A stretch of 62,558 nt of DNA from an uncultured Methanomicrobiales archaeon (GTDB taxonomy: Archaea > Halobacteriota > Methanomicrobia > Methanomicrobiales > Methanospirillaceae). The translations under genes were made by a program, and so were the position numbers. The notes beneath the pieces are model-generated. The model was not told the DNA's origin and made no database searches. It saw nothing but the letters and a program-made list of their open reading frames with translations. Numbering within the stretch: the first letter of the stretch is position 1; each line of letters begins with the position of its first letter. The stretch is from assembly GCA_963758915.1 (NCBI GenBank), contig CAVWXH010000001.1, positions 1 through 62,558 of the forward strand. Reading direction: 5' to 3'. This document shows positions 1 through 10,168 of this stretch, one piece after another.

Positions 1-872
1 TCCCCTTCCGTATTGACCAGGACAATATTGACTGAACTGCCTTTAACGAACTTTACCCCGATTCCACCGGTCCCGCCAAATCCATATCCGGATTACATAT
101 AGTCCGTTCCCCACCGTTCCCGGATAACGAGACATGGGATAGCAAATACATCAGTGACACCGTCCCGGACCACATGAACCCGTGTGAGTCGAGAAATGTA
201 TCCATAACATTCGAGAACAACGGGACGGTATGCCTGGACCCGCTTAAAAGGGGTAGTATTGATACCACAGTCCAATTGTGGGTTTACAATTCATCCCACA
301 ACATATACAGCTTGAGCCCGGTGTGGAAATTTTCCCCGGTGAACAATATACCTTTAACTTCACGATCATTGCACCCTGCACGAATACAACGTGCAACCTG
401 ACAGCCCGTATGAGCAGGTATGCAACCGCAAAATCACCAGGGAATTATATTCGGGGATATTTACTGGGAAATTATTGAGGTATCAGACCAGATGAAACAG
501 GCAGTTAAAGTCCTCACGGTCAACCCAACAAAGGTTACCAATTCATTTGTATCGCTCAAAGGAAGCGTGAGAAACACAACTGTCCTGCCAGCCACACTCG
601 CAGCGGTTCGTCACACCACCAAACGGGAAAGAATCCGCGTACTCTCCAGCGCTAATACGTCGGATCTCTATGTTGCATGGATGGGAGATTCCAATGGACC
701 GCAGAACATGACCTCTCTTTCTACGGGGGTCCTGAATGCTGCAGAATCCCGGTTCCCGGCCAATTCAAAAGGCCAGGGGATCCCAATTTATCCACCTGGC
801 GGGAATGCTTCACTAGATAATGCCAAAAACGGTTATGAACCAGGTATTCTGGGCAATTACAATACACCTTGA
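1..872 (+). CDS. C-terminal part of an exported protein with an NBR1-type Ig-like domain, split by frameshifts
   Basis: ORFs 174-401, 278-478 and 420-872 read as consecutive pieces (YISDTVPDHMNPCESRNVSITFENNGT... / ...VEIFPGEQYTFNFTIIAP... / ...FGD) resembling an Ig-like NBR1/FW domain; start lies outside the window. Confidence 0.45.
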
Positions 873-1022
873 AGCGAACAGGACCTATATGTCCAGAAAA
901 CCTGTTGCAGGTCAAAGGGATTACCTTACAATTAACCCCTCCACTTTTACATAATATTGTAACTAATGTCCCCTTAAAAACCGGGGAATTCCCGAAAAAC
1001 CAGGAATTTTACTGTTTTTATT

Positions 1023-1670
1023 ATGCCCGGACAGACTGAGAAACTCAAGATCCATGCATTTAACAGGGATTACGTTGACTCTAAAAGCTGGTGTTATTTC
1101 GTGCTTGAAGTATGCCGGATACCTGCCAGATGGCATGGATATATCCTTTCCGGGGTGATTTTTTTAATCCTCGGGATCCTCTGCCTTGTCCTGACTCAAC
1201 AGGTCCTGAGCGTAATTCTCATTATTTTTAGTGCTCTTGCACTGCTACTGGGGATCCTCCTGATTGCAGCAGGTGTGTTTGTTGCAGGATTACGGTTGCA
1301 ATGGATCCCCCTGCTATTTTCGGGAATAGTCCTCATAATTATCGGGCTGGTATCAATCTTTTACCCTGCCATTGCTTCCGCTCTTGCAATCTATCTTATC
1401 GCCGGAATATCCCTCCTGGTGGGTTTCCTTATGGTGATCTATGGAACAATCTCGTTTGTAGAAACAAAAACGAGGGTCCTCATTGTTATTCTTGGTATTA
1501 TCCCCATTGTAATCGCTATCTACATGCTACTATATCCCTCGAGTGCTGCGGCATTGGTCTTAAGACTCTGGGGCGTTTTCGCCTGTATCCTTGGTATTGT
1601 GTTAATAATACAGGGACTCATGTTACGAAAATTAAACTATGAATTTGGCTGCAATGAAGCAGATACCTGA
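1023..1670 (+). CDS. HdeD/DUF308 family membrane protein
   Basis: About six hydrophobic helices with repeated 'GIVLIIIGLVSIFYP'-type units; true start may be further downstream. Confidence 0.75.
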   Translation: MPGQTEKLKIHAFNRDYVDSKSWCYFVLEVCRIPARWHGYILSGVIFLILGILCLVLTQQVLSVILIIFSALALLLGILLIAAGVFVAGLRLQWIPLLFSGIVLIIIGLVSIFYPAIASALAIYLIAGISLLVGFLMVIYGTISFVETKTRVLIVILGIIPIVIAIYMLLYPSSAAALVLRLWGVFACILGIVLIIQGLMLRKLNYEFGCNEADT

Positions 1671-1710
1671 CCATTTCATTTTTTTGTTAATGAGGGTTGA
1701 ATTTTTTAAT

Positions 1711-2208
1711 CTAATCCTCGAGATATCCTGACTGAATTTCTACCACTTCGGTGCTGTCTTTTGCTGCAGCGTATAACCTGAGTGGTTCTTCATTTACTTC
1801 GAGAAATCGCGGTCCCCACCCGAAACAACCGAGTATTCCTTCTGCCTGGACGGTCTCACCGAGAATTACCAGGGTGGCAGCAAAAGCCTCCACGGAATTG
1901 AGTTTCCACGGTCTTCCGAAATTAACCGGGTTTGCTGCCAGCAGGAAAGGGAGGGCTCTTTTTAGTCGCCAGCCTGAAACCGCTCCGGTGTCAAGTACCT
2001 CCCAGGAACAATCAAGCGCTGTTACCGATTGTACCGGGGAATCCGCAGGTGAGAGTGCCTGTTCCGCGGTCGGATCAAGAAGAAGCGTATTTTTTGGTAT
2101 CTGCGATATTTTTTTGAATAATTTCACCATACCCCGCCGCTCAAGCTTTTTGACCGTGCATTTTCTCGGGTCACAGCTGTTGTCACGATAGGCATAGAGA
2201 GGAATCAT
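1711..2208 (-). CDS. tsr3: 16S rRNA aminocarboxypropyltransferase Tsr3 (DUF367)
   Basis: CDPRKCT, LDCSW, RALPFLLAANPVNFGRPWKLNSVEA motifs. Confidence 0.93.
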   Translation of the reverse strand: MIPLYAYRDNSCDPRKCTVKKLERRGMVKLFKKISQIPKNTLLLDPTAEQALSPADSPVQSVTALDCSWEVLDTGAVSGWRLKRALPFLLAANPVNFGRPWKLNSVEAFAATLVILGETVQAEGILGCFGWGPRFLEVNEEPLRLYAAAKDSTEVVEIQSGYLED

Positions 2209-2238
2209 CTATGTTTTGTGAGAGCCTACATTCAATCA

Positions 2239-3093
2239 ATGTATGTGTTGATGTGCCCATGCATAATGGCCCCGTCATTGCGGGTGCCGGGGATCACCAG
2301 CGAGTCAGACCTCGACCTGTTCAGCCGCGCAAGGGCAAGGTGTGAACGTTTTGGTATAGATGTGGTGACCCTGCCCTGCCCTGAAACATTGTATCTCGGA
2401 AGGGACCGTTTACCCGGGACATTTCTTGAACGGCTGAATACACCCGGCTTCTTCGATCTGCTCGCAGACCTCGAAGCAGAAGTCCGCGACGTGATCCGGA
2501 CCAGGGGACCGCCACTTTGCATCATTGGCGTCAATTCATCCCCCACGTGCGGGGCAACTTCGACTCACTACGGCAGTATGGACGGTTCCCCTTCGAAAAG
2601 ACCGGGCAGAGGGGTTTTTCTTGACCGGTTTCCTGATGTGAAGGTCATCGATGTTTCAGTATTTGCCCGGTACAACGTTTACCTTGCGGCCCCCCTCTTT
2701 TCTGAAGCAGAAAAGCAGTTTAACCTGGTAATTTCGGACCTGCTAACCAGCCACTTTTTCCAGGTCTACCTTCCACAGGACGTGGGAGATGATAACCACT
2801 GCAGGGACGGGGAGGAACATAACCACATATTCGAAAGCCATGTTCATGCGCTTGACTCAACAGATCTCCTTGTCGCAGTTATTGATGGTGCTGATGCAGA
2901 CTCGGGGACTTCCTGGGAAATGGGGTACGCATACCGGCGTGGGATACCGGTATATGCCGTGCGGACAGATTTTCGCATCGCCGGACACCATGAGCTCGTG
3001 AACCTGATGCTTGAACAGTCCTCAACTGTAGTCAGGAACCCCTCTGACTTACCGGCGGTGATGAAGTCCCCACGTTGCAGAACAGACACATGA
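2239..3093 (+). CDS. DUF523 (TudS-like) domain fused to nucleoside 2-deoxyribosyltransferase domain
   Basis: N-half CPC...LPCPE...SSPTCG...GRGVF; C-half VYLAAPLFSEAE...YLPQ...DGADADSGTSWEMGYAY. Confidence 0.8.
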   Translation: MYVLMCPCIMAPSLRVPGITSESDLDLFSRARARCERFGIDVVTLPCPETLYLGRDRLPGTFLERLNTPGFFDLLADLEAEVRDVIRTRGPPLCIIGVNSSPTCGATSTHYGSMDGSPSKRPGRGVFLDRFPDVKVIDVSVFARYNVYLAAPLFSEAEKQFNLVISDLLTSHFFQVYLPQDVGDDNHCRDGEEHNHIFESHVHALDSTDLLVAVIDGADADSGTSWEMGYAYRRGIPVYAVRTDFRIAGHHELVNLMLEQSSTVVRNPSDLPAVMKSPRCRTDT

Positions 3094-3216
3094 GGTCCCC
3101 CCGGCAATTATCCCACTTCTCTTGTTTAGTTACTGACAGGGAGAAGCACCCGTCTTGTCTGGTGGCTGGTGTCCTTGGATAAAACCTATCTCCATAAGAA
3201 CCGTACGTTGTATGCA

Positions 3217-4185
3217 ATGTCTAACCTGAATGTGGCAGTTATCGGGTCACCTGACTATTCAAAAGAACTCGGAAAGATCGGGACTGTCAGCGATATCACG
3301 TTTTTCAACCTGAAAAAGGAAGAGGTCACGGTCACCATCCTTGAACCAAGCAGGTACCCTGAGAAACTGTCTTCGCTGTTTTATGCCATCTCGATGGCAC
3401 AAAAGGCGGTCCTGGTGGTGGATCAGATCAATTCCCAGTTTGGGGAGTCTGTCCTCATGCTCAATTGTGCCGGGCTCTCCAATGGTATCCTGATATTACG
3501 GAACTACATCACCCCTGAGCAGGTTGCACCCCTGATCAAAGACACCGTTGTCGGGGGCTATGAACTCTTCGAGGATGACCGTATGCGACTCCGTGAATAC
3601 CTCCTCGATGAAGCAGCAAAGATCGAGGAGAAGCCTCCAACCGCGACAACCCCGCCGGGTGCGATGCCCATCGATCATTCGTTCCCGGTAAAAGGGATCG
3701 GGACGGTCGCACTCGGGTGTGTTGTAAACGGGGTTATCAGGCGTCATGACAACCTCCATGTGCTCCCGACAAAACACATGGCCCTCGTCCGCTCGATTCA
3801 GAAGCACGATGCCGATGCGGACATCGCATACCCGGGAGACCGCATCGGGTTCGCGCTGAAAGGCGTGGAAGCAGAAGACCTGGAGCGCGGCTATGTACTC
3901 TCAAAGGACCCTGCCCTGACATCTTCATCCACTATCCACGGCAGGGCGGAACTGATAAAATACTGGCCTTCAGCGTTAAAAGAGGGAATGGTCCTGTATA
4001 TCGGGCACTGGATGCAGTTCCTCCCCTCCAAAGTCGCCTATGTTAATAATGCAGGTGACTGGCACCGCCCTGAGCTTACCTTGAAGACTGAGAAAGAACT
4101 GGTGTATCCCCCGGGAGCCCGTGCGATCCTTCACTATCTTGAAGGCGGGAAGTTACGGGTCGTCGGGACAATAACTGTCGAATAA
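3217..4185 (+). CDS. SelB-like / EF-Tu domain 2 protein with degenerate G domain
   Basis: IDHSFPVKGIGTVALG, VRSIQKHD, GDRIGFALKG, LERGYVL; no canonical GHxDHGKT. Confidence 0.8.
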   Translation: MSNLNVAVIGSPDYSKELGKIGTVSDITFFNLKKEEVTVTILEPSRYPEKLSSLFYAISMAQKAVLVVDQINSQFGESVLMLNCAGLSNGILILRNYITPEQVAPLIKDTVVGGYELFEDDRMRLREYLLDEAAKIEEKPPTATTPPGAMPIDHSFPVKGIGTVALGCVVNGVIRRHDNLHVLPTKHMALVRSIQKHDADADIAYPGDRIGFALKGVEAEDLERGYVLSKDPALTSSSTIHGRAELIKYWPSALKEGMVLYIGHWMQFLPSKVAYVNNAGDWHRPELTLKTEKELVYPPGARAILHYLEGGKLRVVGTITVE

Positions 4186-4309
4186 ATAAGTGTCAGGAAG
4201 CTGAATTATCCGCCCCACTATTTTTTCCGGGTGAAGAGCACTATTCTGCTCTTGCTCCGCCCAATGAATTTAAACGTAATACCTTCTCATCGTACACTGG
4301 TGAAAAAAT

Positions 4310-4879
4310 TTGCTTGAAGGATTGATACCCTGGATCATCGGGGGAATAATTGTCCTCATCCTCGTTATTCTTGTCCTCTACTTTGTGAGTATCTATAACC
4401 GCCTTTTCACTCTTAAAAATTCATCAGAGGCGACGTTAGGTCAGATCAGGGTAGCGATGAAGAAACGGCTGGACATGATTGACCAGCTCCTCGGGGCAGT
4501 AAAAAGTTATGCAAAATTCGAACAGGAGACCCTCCAGAAAGTAACCGCAATGAGGGCCAGCGTCGGTACTGCCGGCCCCGGGGACCTGAACAAGATCGAG
4601 CAGGAGTCCCGGTCCCTCTTTGGAAGACTTATCGCTGTCGCCGAGAACTATCCCGACTTAAAGACCAATACGACGGTACTGAACCTCCAGGAAGCGATTA
4701 AAAGCGTTGAAGATGAGATTGCCCGCCAGCGCTATACGTATAACAACATCTCGCAGCAGTTCAATATCCTGTGCGATACGATACCGTCCAGTTTCGTGGC
4801 ACGGATGATCGGGATGATGAAGTTAGATTACCTGCAGTTTGAAGAGCAGATCAATACACCGCCGAAGATTGAGTTCTAA
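4310..4879 (+). CDS. lemA: LemA family protein
   Basis: N-terminal TM helix, YNRL, KRLDMI, AVAENYPDLK, EDEIARQRYTYN. Confidence 0.93.
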   Translation: MLEGLIPWIIGGIIVLILVILVLYFVSIYNRLFTLKNSSEATLGQIRVAMKKRLDMIDQLLGAVKSYAKFEQETLQKVTAMRASVGTAGPGDLNKIEQESRSLFGRLIAVAENYPDLKTNTTVLNLQEAIKSVEDEIARQRYTYNNISQQFNILCDTIPSSFVARMIGMMKLDYLQFEEQINTPPKIEF

Positions 4880-4891
4880 GGTTGAAGGGCC

Positions 4892-6703
4892 ATGAGTGAG
4901 CTGAAGCAGATCGTATCCCTTGTCATTATCTCGTTACTGGCAGGTGCAGGGCTGATCCTCGTTGCGGGGGCATTACCAGGGCTGATTGAGGGAGACCTCG
5001 TGGTCAGCCACTACGATGCAGTTCTGCACGAAAACGGTACCCTGGCAGAGCGTTATGATTTTGTTGTGAAAAACAGCGGGCAATACCGGATGTTATTCCG
5101 GTTCTGGGAAGCCCCTCTTCTTACAACCCCTTCAGATACTCCGAATATAGAATTTGTGAGCCTGACGAATCCGCCTGGTACAACTGGTTACATAAAGGAC
5201 GCCGGTTCCCGGGTAATAATCGTTGGAAATGGCGGGGACCCGGCCCAGCAGGGAAAGATCCAGCAACTCGCCGAACTCAACGAACTGGGAGCCATCCAGC
5301 CATCTTATTTTAACGCGGGGACCTACACGCTCGAAACGGTGGTGATTGTTCACCCTCCCCTGGAATATGATGGATCAACTGCACACCTGAATCTTAAGCT
5401 CGTTGACCAGCACATCCCGTACCGGGATATCAGGATTGTCATTCCCGCCCGCTATGTGAAGGAAGTGTTCCCCCACCCGGCACACCTGACCGTCGAGAAG
5501 AGCGGGGACCAGATCCTCATAACCGGGTCTGCAGCGGGTGACGAGACCGTGGGTATTGAACTCCTGCTTTCGAAGGATGCGATCCAGGTAATGGATGGTT
5601 ACCCGGTATTTGTGGAAGACGTTGCCAGTAAAACGCGTGCTGCAAATCCCTGGTACAATAGTATCCCCTTACTACTGGCCGAAGCGCTCAGGGCCCTTGG
5701 AATTGTCGCTCTGATTCTGACGCCGTTTGTATTTATCGGGATATTCCACCGGTACGGGAGGGAAAAACTGTTTACTGTTCCAAAGTACCTGAGTTTTGTC
5801 CCGGACCCGGCAAAAAAGCCCTGGGTTGTGAACCTCCTGTTCAAGGGGGATGCGATGACGTTTGATGAGGATGGTTATTATGCCACCCTGATCGACCTTC
5901 ACCGCAGGGGCATTATCCGGATTACCGAGAAGGAAGGTGACAAGGGTGTTACCATTACACTGCTGGAAAAGGTACCGGATGATGCCTATGAACAGCGGGT
6001 GCTCGGATTTTTACAGGATATTGCGAAAGACGGGATTGTAGATACGGGAATCATCCAGGAACTGGCCAAAGAGGCAAAGACCAGCACGGGCTCCCAGTCA
6101 AAGATCCTGCAATACCAGCGGGAATTATCTGATGTGACGAAACGCGTTGACCCGAAACTGATAAACGAATATATTGTTGACGGTCGCGACCACATTATTC
6201 CCGTTGCATTAACAGGTGCTGCATTCCTTGCTGTAACTGTCTTATTCCTGATTATATCCCCTGTACTCACCCCGGTCCTGGTCCCTGCTGCACTCCTCTG
6301 GGGCGGGGTGGTTGTTCTGGCAGGAATTGCATTTGCATACCCGTCAACGCTGTTCGGGCACTGGAAGGATGAAAAATACAAAGAAAAACTGGAATGGGAC
6401 GCATTTGCATATTTCCTGTCTGATCTAGCCCTTATCAAACAGTATTCACCGTCGGATATCTCCCAGTGGGGGGACTGGCTTGTCTATGGGACTGCACTTG
6501 GGGTAGGAAAACATGTTGAAAAGGCAATGAGCGAGATGAATGTCCATATCCCGGAAGCCGGAGTGCCACTCGGCCTGATGCACGGGGCATTTGTCCCCAT
6601 AATGGCATTCTCTCCCCCATCGCAGGGTGGTAGTGGAGGATTCGGTGGCGGAGGATTTGGCGGCGGTGGCGGATTTGGTGGTGGCGGTGCAGGTGGACGC
6701 TGA
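4892..6703 (+). CDS. DUF2207 family membrane protein
   Basis: Directly after lemA; ATLIDLHRRGII, WLVYGTALGV and Gly-rich GGFGGGG tail. Confidence 0.88.
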   Translation: MSELKQIVSLVIISLLAGAGLILVAGALPGLIEGDLVVSHYDAVLHENGTLAERYDFVVKNSGQYRMLFRFWEAPLLTTPSDTPNIEFVSLTNPPGTTGYIKDAGSRVIIVGNGGDPAQQGKIQQLAELNELGAIQPSYFNAGTYTLETVVIVHPPLEYDGSTAHLNLKLVDQHIPYRDIRIVIPARYVKEVFPHPAHLTVEKSGDQILITGSAAGDETVGIELLLSKDAIQVMDGYPVFVEDVASKTRAANPWYNSIPLLLAEALRALGIVALILTPFVFIGIFHRYGREKLFTVPKYLSFVPDPAKKPWVVNLLFKGDAMTFDEDGYYATLIDLHRRGIIRITEKEGDKGVTITLLEKVPDDAYEQRVLGFLQDIAKDGIVDTGIIQELAKEAKTSTGSQSKILQYQRELSDVTKRVDPKLINEYIVDGRDHIIPVALTGAAFLAVTVLFLIISPVLTPVLVPAALLWGGVVVLAGIAFAYPSTLFGHWKDEKYKEKLEWDAFAYFLSDLALIKQYSPSDISQWGDWLVYGTALGVGKHVEKAMSEMNVHIPEAGVPLGLMHGAFVPIMAFSPPSQGGSGGFGGGGFGGGGGFGGGGAGGR

Positions 6704-7001
6704 AGCGCTGCCAACCAAATACTCTTGCCGTGAAAATCGTAAATCCAGCAACGTTGTGGGTTTCATAAAAATTGGCATTCATATTTTTGTAGGTTTGGTG
6801 CAATACCGAAGGTTTTCATGAACGTTTTTTTTGGTTACCGTTGTGGAACTGGTTAAAAAAATATGTTACATATGGTAAATGAGGTCCAATCGTCTGTCGA
6901 ATGAAACCATAACTATACAATATGCCTAAATCATCTCACCCGGTTTTTGTCCAATCAATCAGTTTAAGTTGAGTCCGGTAGTAGTTTCTGATCAGATCAT
7001 C

Positions 7002-7448
7002 ATGCAATACACCGAAGGAAAACCGGGCAGGGTTTTTATTGTCCGGGTAGACCATGGAGAAGACCTTATCGCCACTCTGATGCAGTTCATTAAGGACCAC
7101 CAGGTACACAGCGGCTATATCAGGTTCATGGGTGCGCTGGAGTCCGGACAGGTTGTCACGGGGCCGGAAGTCCTCTGTCTCCCCCCAAACCCACACTTTG
7201 AATCCTTTTCCGGGGGTTGGGAAGTGATCGGGATGGCCACAATTACGCCCGATATACACGGGCCCCACCTCCATATCCATGCATCCATAGGGCGTGGGGA
7301 ACAGGTACTGACCGGGTGCCTCCGGGGTGAGATTATCACCTATATTGTCATTGAAGCAGTTATCACCGAGTTGATCGGGGTCGACGTGCAAAGAGCCCAG
7401 GACCCTGTCACCGGGCTGTTACTACCAGCACTGAAACACGAGAGATAG
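7002..7448 (+). CDS. PPC domain (DUF296) protein
   Basis: VRVDHGEDL, FMGAL, WEVIG, PHLHIHASIG, LTGCL motifs. Confidence 0.88.
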   Translation: MQYTEGKPGRVFIVRVDHGEDLIATLMQFIKDHQVHSGYIRFMGALESGQVVTGPEVLCLPPNPHFESFSGGWEVIGMATITPDIHGPHLHIHASIGRGEQVLTGCLRGEIITYIVIEAVITELIGVDVQRAQDPVTGLLLPALKHER

Positions 7449-7527
7449 TTGCGATGAAGACCTGCAAAGAGATCCATCTATTCATTGTCTTCCAACTACC
7501 GCTGGATAACGAGAGCTCCCGATAACC

Positions 7528-9441
7528 ATGACACTTCCCCAGCCCCTTTTTCTGCCGATGACCAAAAAGGAGGGAGCGAAGCTTGGTATCGGACAGTTTG
7601 ACGTCATCCTTGTTACCGGTGACGGATACGTGGACCACCCCTCGTTTGGCACAGCACTAATCGGGCGTGTCCTTTGGGATGCCGGCTTCTCGGTCGGGGT
7701 TATTGCACAACCAGACTGGAAAGGTTCGGATGACCTGGTGAAACTGGGGGCGCCACGCTTGTTTTTTGGTATAAGCTCCGGGAATGTCGACTCGATGGTG
7801 AATAATTACACCCCGGCATTAAAGGTCCGGAATGATGATGTCTATTCTCCGGGTGCAAAAGGAATGGGAAGACCGGACCGGGCCACCACTGTTTATACTG
7901 ACCGGTTGCATGCCCTCTTCCCCGGGACCCCCCTGGTAATCGGGGGTATTGAAGCGAGCCTGCGCAGGTTTGCCCATTATGATTACTGGTCGGACTCAGT
8001 CCGTCATGGCATCCTTGCGGATGCACCGGCAGAACACCTGGTATTCGGGATGGGAGAGAAACAGGTCGTTACGATTGCACAGGCCCTTTCACGTGGGGAA
8101 CCGGTTGGGAGCCTCAGGAATATTTCCGGTACCTGTTACCGGATGCCACTATCAGAATGGCGGGGTTCTGATCATGAGGACTATGTCGTCCTCCCGTCGT
8201 TCAGCGAAGTATCAACTGATAAACTGGCCTATGCGAAGGCGTTCTCTCTTCATTACCGTGAACAGGACCCGTTCAGGGGCAGACCGGTTGCACAGGTCCA
8301 TCCAAAAACCGTAATTATACAAAATACCCCGGTACAACCACTGACAACCGACGAACTCGACCATATCTATGAACTCCCCTATTCGAGAAAACAACACCCG
8401 TTATACCGGGATACAATTCCTGCACTTGAACCGGTCAGGTTTTCGGTGACCAGCCACCGGGGATGCTTCGGGGGGTGTTCTTTCTGTGCTTTAACGCATC
8501 ACCAGGGAAGGATTGTGCAGAGCAGGAGCACAGGGTCCATCGTCCGTGAGGTTGAAGCGATGACCCGGATGCCGGGGTTTACCGGAATAGTCCAGGACGT
8601 CGGGGGGCCGACTGCAAACATGTATGGTGCGTCCTGTGATTCATGGATCCGCACTGGTGCCTGCGTTGACCGTAATTGTACCACCTGTAATAACCTTACA
8701 ACTGCACACGACAAACAGGTCACGCTCCTCCGGCAGTTGAGGGAAGTCCCTGGTGTGAAACGGGTATTTGTCAGTTCCGGTATCCGGTATGACCTCTTCG
8801 ATACCGATCGGGATGGTTACCTGAAGGAAATCGTGGCTTCGCACACATCCGGACACCTCAAGGTCGCACCGGAACATATTGTCAGCCATGTTACTGACCT
8901 GATGAATAAGCCCGGGAAAGAGTCATTCGAACACTTTTGCCAGAAATTCGAAGCATTGGGTAAGGTTACCGGGAAGGAACAATATATTCTCCCATATTTT
9001 ATGTCAGGACACCCCGGGTGCAGGATGGAAGACATGATTGCGCTTGCACTGTACTTACGGGACCACTCCCTGTATACCGAGCAGGTGCAGGACTTCACGC
9101 CGACCCCGATGAGTATCTCCACCTGCATGTACTACACGGGCCTGGACCCGTTTACCCTGAAACCTGTGTATGTCCCGAAAGGCCGGGAGAAACAGGTGCA
9201 GCGGGCGATGTTGCATTACCGGGACAGGGAGAAACAGGAACTCGTCAGGGAAGGGTTAACAATGGCCGGGAGGAGCGATCTCATTGGTCCCGGGAAACAA
9301 TGCCTGGTCACAACTTCTATCGGGGGCACCCCTGTAAAAAAATATCCCCAAAAGAGCCCTGGACCTCTATCCGGGACTGCAGGGCGCTCCGGCCGGAATA
9401 CAACACCCACTACCGTCACCCGGAGAAAAAAGCGAAGGTGA
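7528..9441 (+). CDS. ygiQ: YgiQ family radical SAM protein (UPF0313)
   Basis: VTGDGYVDHPSFG, GGIEASLRRFAHYDYW, RGCFGGCSFC, SGHLKVAPEH, QVQDFTPTP. Confidence 0.95.
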   Translation: MTLPQPLFLPMTKKEGAKLGIGQFDVILVTGDGYVDHPSFGTALIGRVLWDAGFSVGVIAQPDWKGSDDLVKLGAPRLFFGISSGNVDSMVNNYTPALKVRNDDVYSPGAKGMGRPDRATTVYTDRLHALFPGTPLVIGGIEASLRRFAHYDYWSDSVRHGILADAPAEHLVFGMGEKQVVTIAQALSRGEPVGSLRNISGTCYRMPLSEWRGSDHEDYVVLPSFSEVSTDKLAYAKAFSLHYREQDPFRGRPVAQVHPKTVIIQNTPVQPLTTDELDHIYELPYSRKQHPLYRDTIPALEPVRFSVTSHRGCFGGCSFCALTHHQGRIVQSRSTGSIVREVEAMTRMPGFTGIVQDVGGPTANMYGASCDSWIRTGACVDRNCTTCNNLTTAHDKQVTLLRQLREVPGVKRVFVSSGIRYDLFDTDRDGYLKEIVASHTSGHLKVAPEHIVSHVTDLMNKPGKESFEHFCQKFEALGKVTGKEQYILPYFMSGHPGCRMEDMIALALYLRDHSLYTEQVQDFTPTPMSISTCMYYTGLDPFTLKPVYVPKGREKQVQRAMLHYRDREKQELVREGLTMAGRSDLIGPGKQCLVTTSIGGTPVKKYPQKSPGPLSGTAGRSGRNTTPTTVTRRKKRR

Positions 9442-9442
9442 T

Positions 9443-9895
9443 CTATTCGCGCCCGCAGGTATGTGGCACATCCATCCCCTGGTTATCACACGGGGCACAT
9501 CGTTCAAGCTTTTCATCAATAATACGGTAGGCATTCGCAAGGACCGATGAGTTGGAGATCAGACCGGCAATGAGGATAACTTCAAGGATCTCGTCCCGCG
9601 TTGCTCCCTTCTTTAACGCGGCCTGCATGTGGTACCCGGTACAGTGCTGACACCTGAGTGCTGCCCCGACCGCAAGGCTGATCAACTCCACATATTTCGG
9701 GTCGAGTGCATTTGTCTGCGTCACCGTCCCCTTGTAGAGCAGGTGGGAGATGAGGACTTCAGGCCGTTCTGCCATTCTTTTAAAAATGAGGGGTGTCCGC
9801 CCGTACTCATGTTCAATCTCGTCCAGCCATTGACGCGAGGTTTCGAGGGCCCCCTTTGCTACGATCCCATTCAGTAATTCTTCAAATTCTGACAT
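9443..9895 (-). CDS. Carboxymuconolactone decarboxylase / AhpD-like protein
   Basis: LDPKYVELISLAVGAALRCQHCTGYH...GATRDEILE. Confidence 0.9.
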   Translation of the reverse strand: MSEFEELLNGIVAKGALETSRQWLDEIEHEYGRTPLIFKRMAERPEVLISHLLYKGTVTQTNALDPKYVELISLAVGAALRCQHCTGYHMQAALKKGATRDEILEVILIAGLISNSSVLANAYRIIDEKLERCAPCDNQGMDVPHTCGRE

Positions 9896-10168
9896 ATCAA
9901 TCACCCGTTTGGTACTCAGTTATCATACCGTTAGTGTTGAAAATACCTCTGAACGATTGGGACTGAGGATGTACCCATGGATTGGGAATCGTGGACCCCT
10001 GGATTCCACACAAATCATTGAAACGGCAGAAGGACCTGTACCCTCTCTCTCCCGGATTCTAATTCGTGAGCTGGTAAGTACCTGCTATTATAACCGGGAG
10101 GTACTATTTTCGTAATTATACGCACATATTTAACCAAGATTCGTTATACCAACCATTGGAGAATTTTC

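Noticed and set aside
6625-6700. GGC/GGT low-complexity repeat
   Set aside because: Encodes the normal Gly-rich tail of DUF2207 proteins
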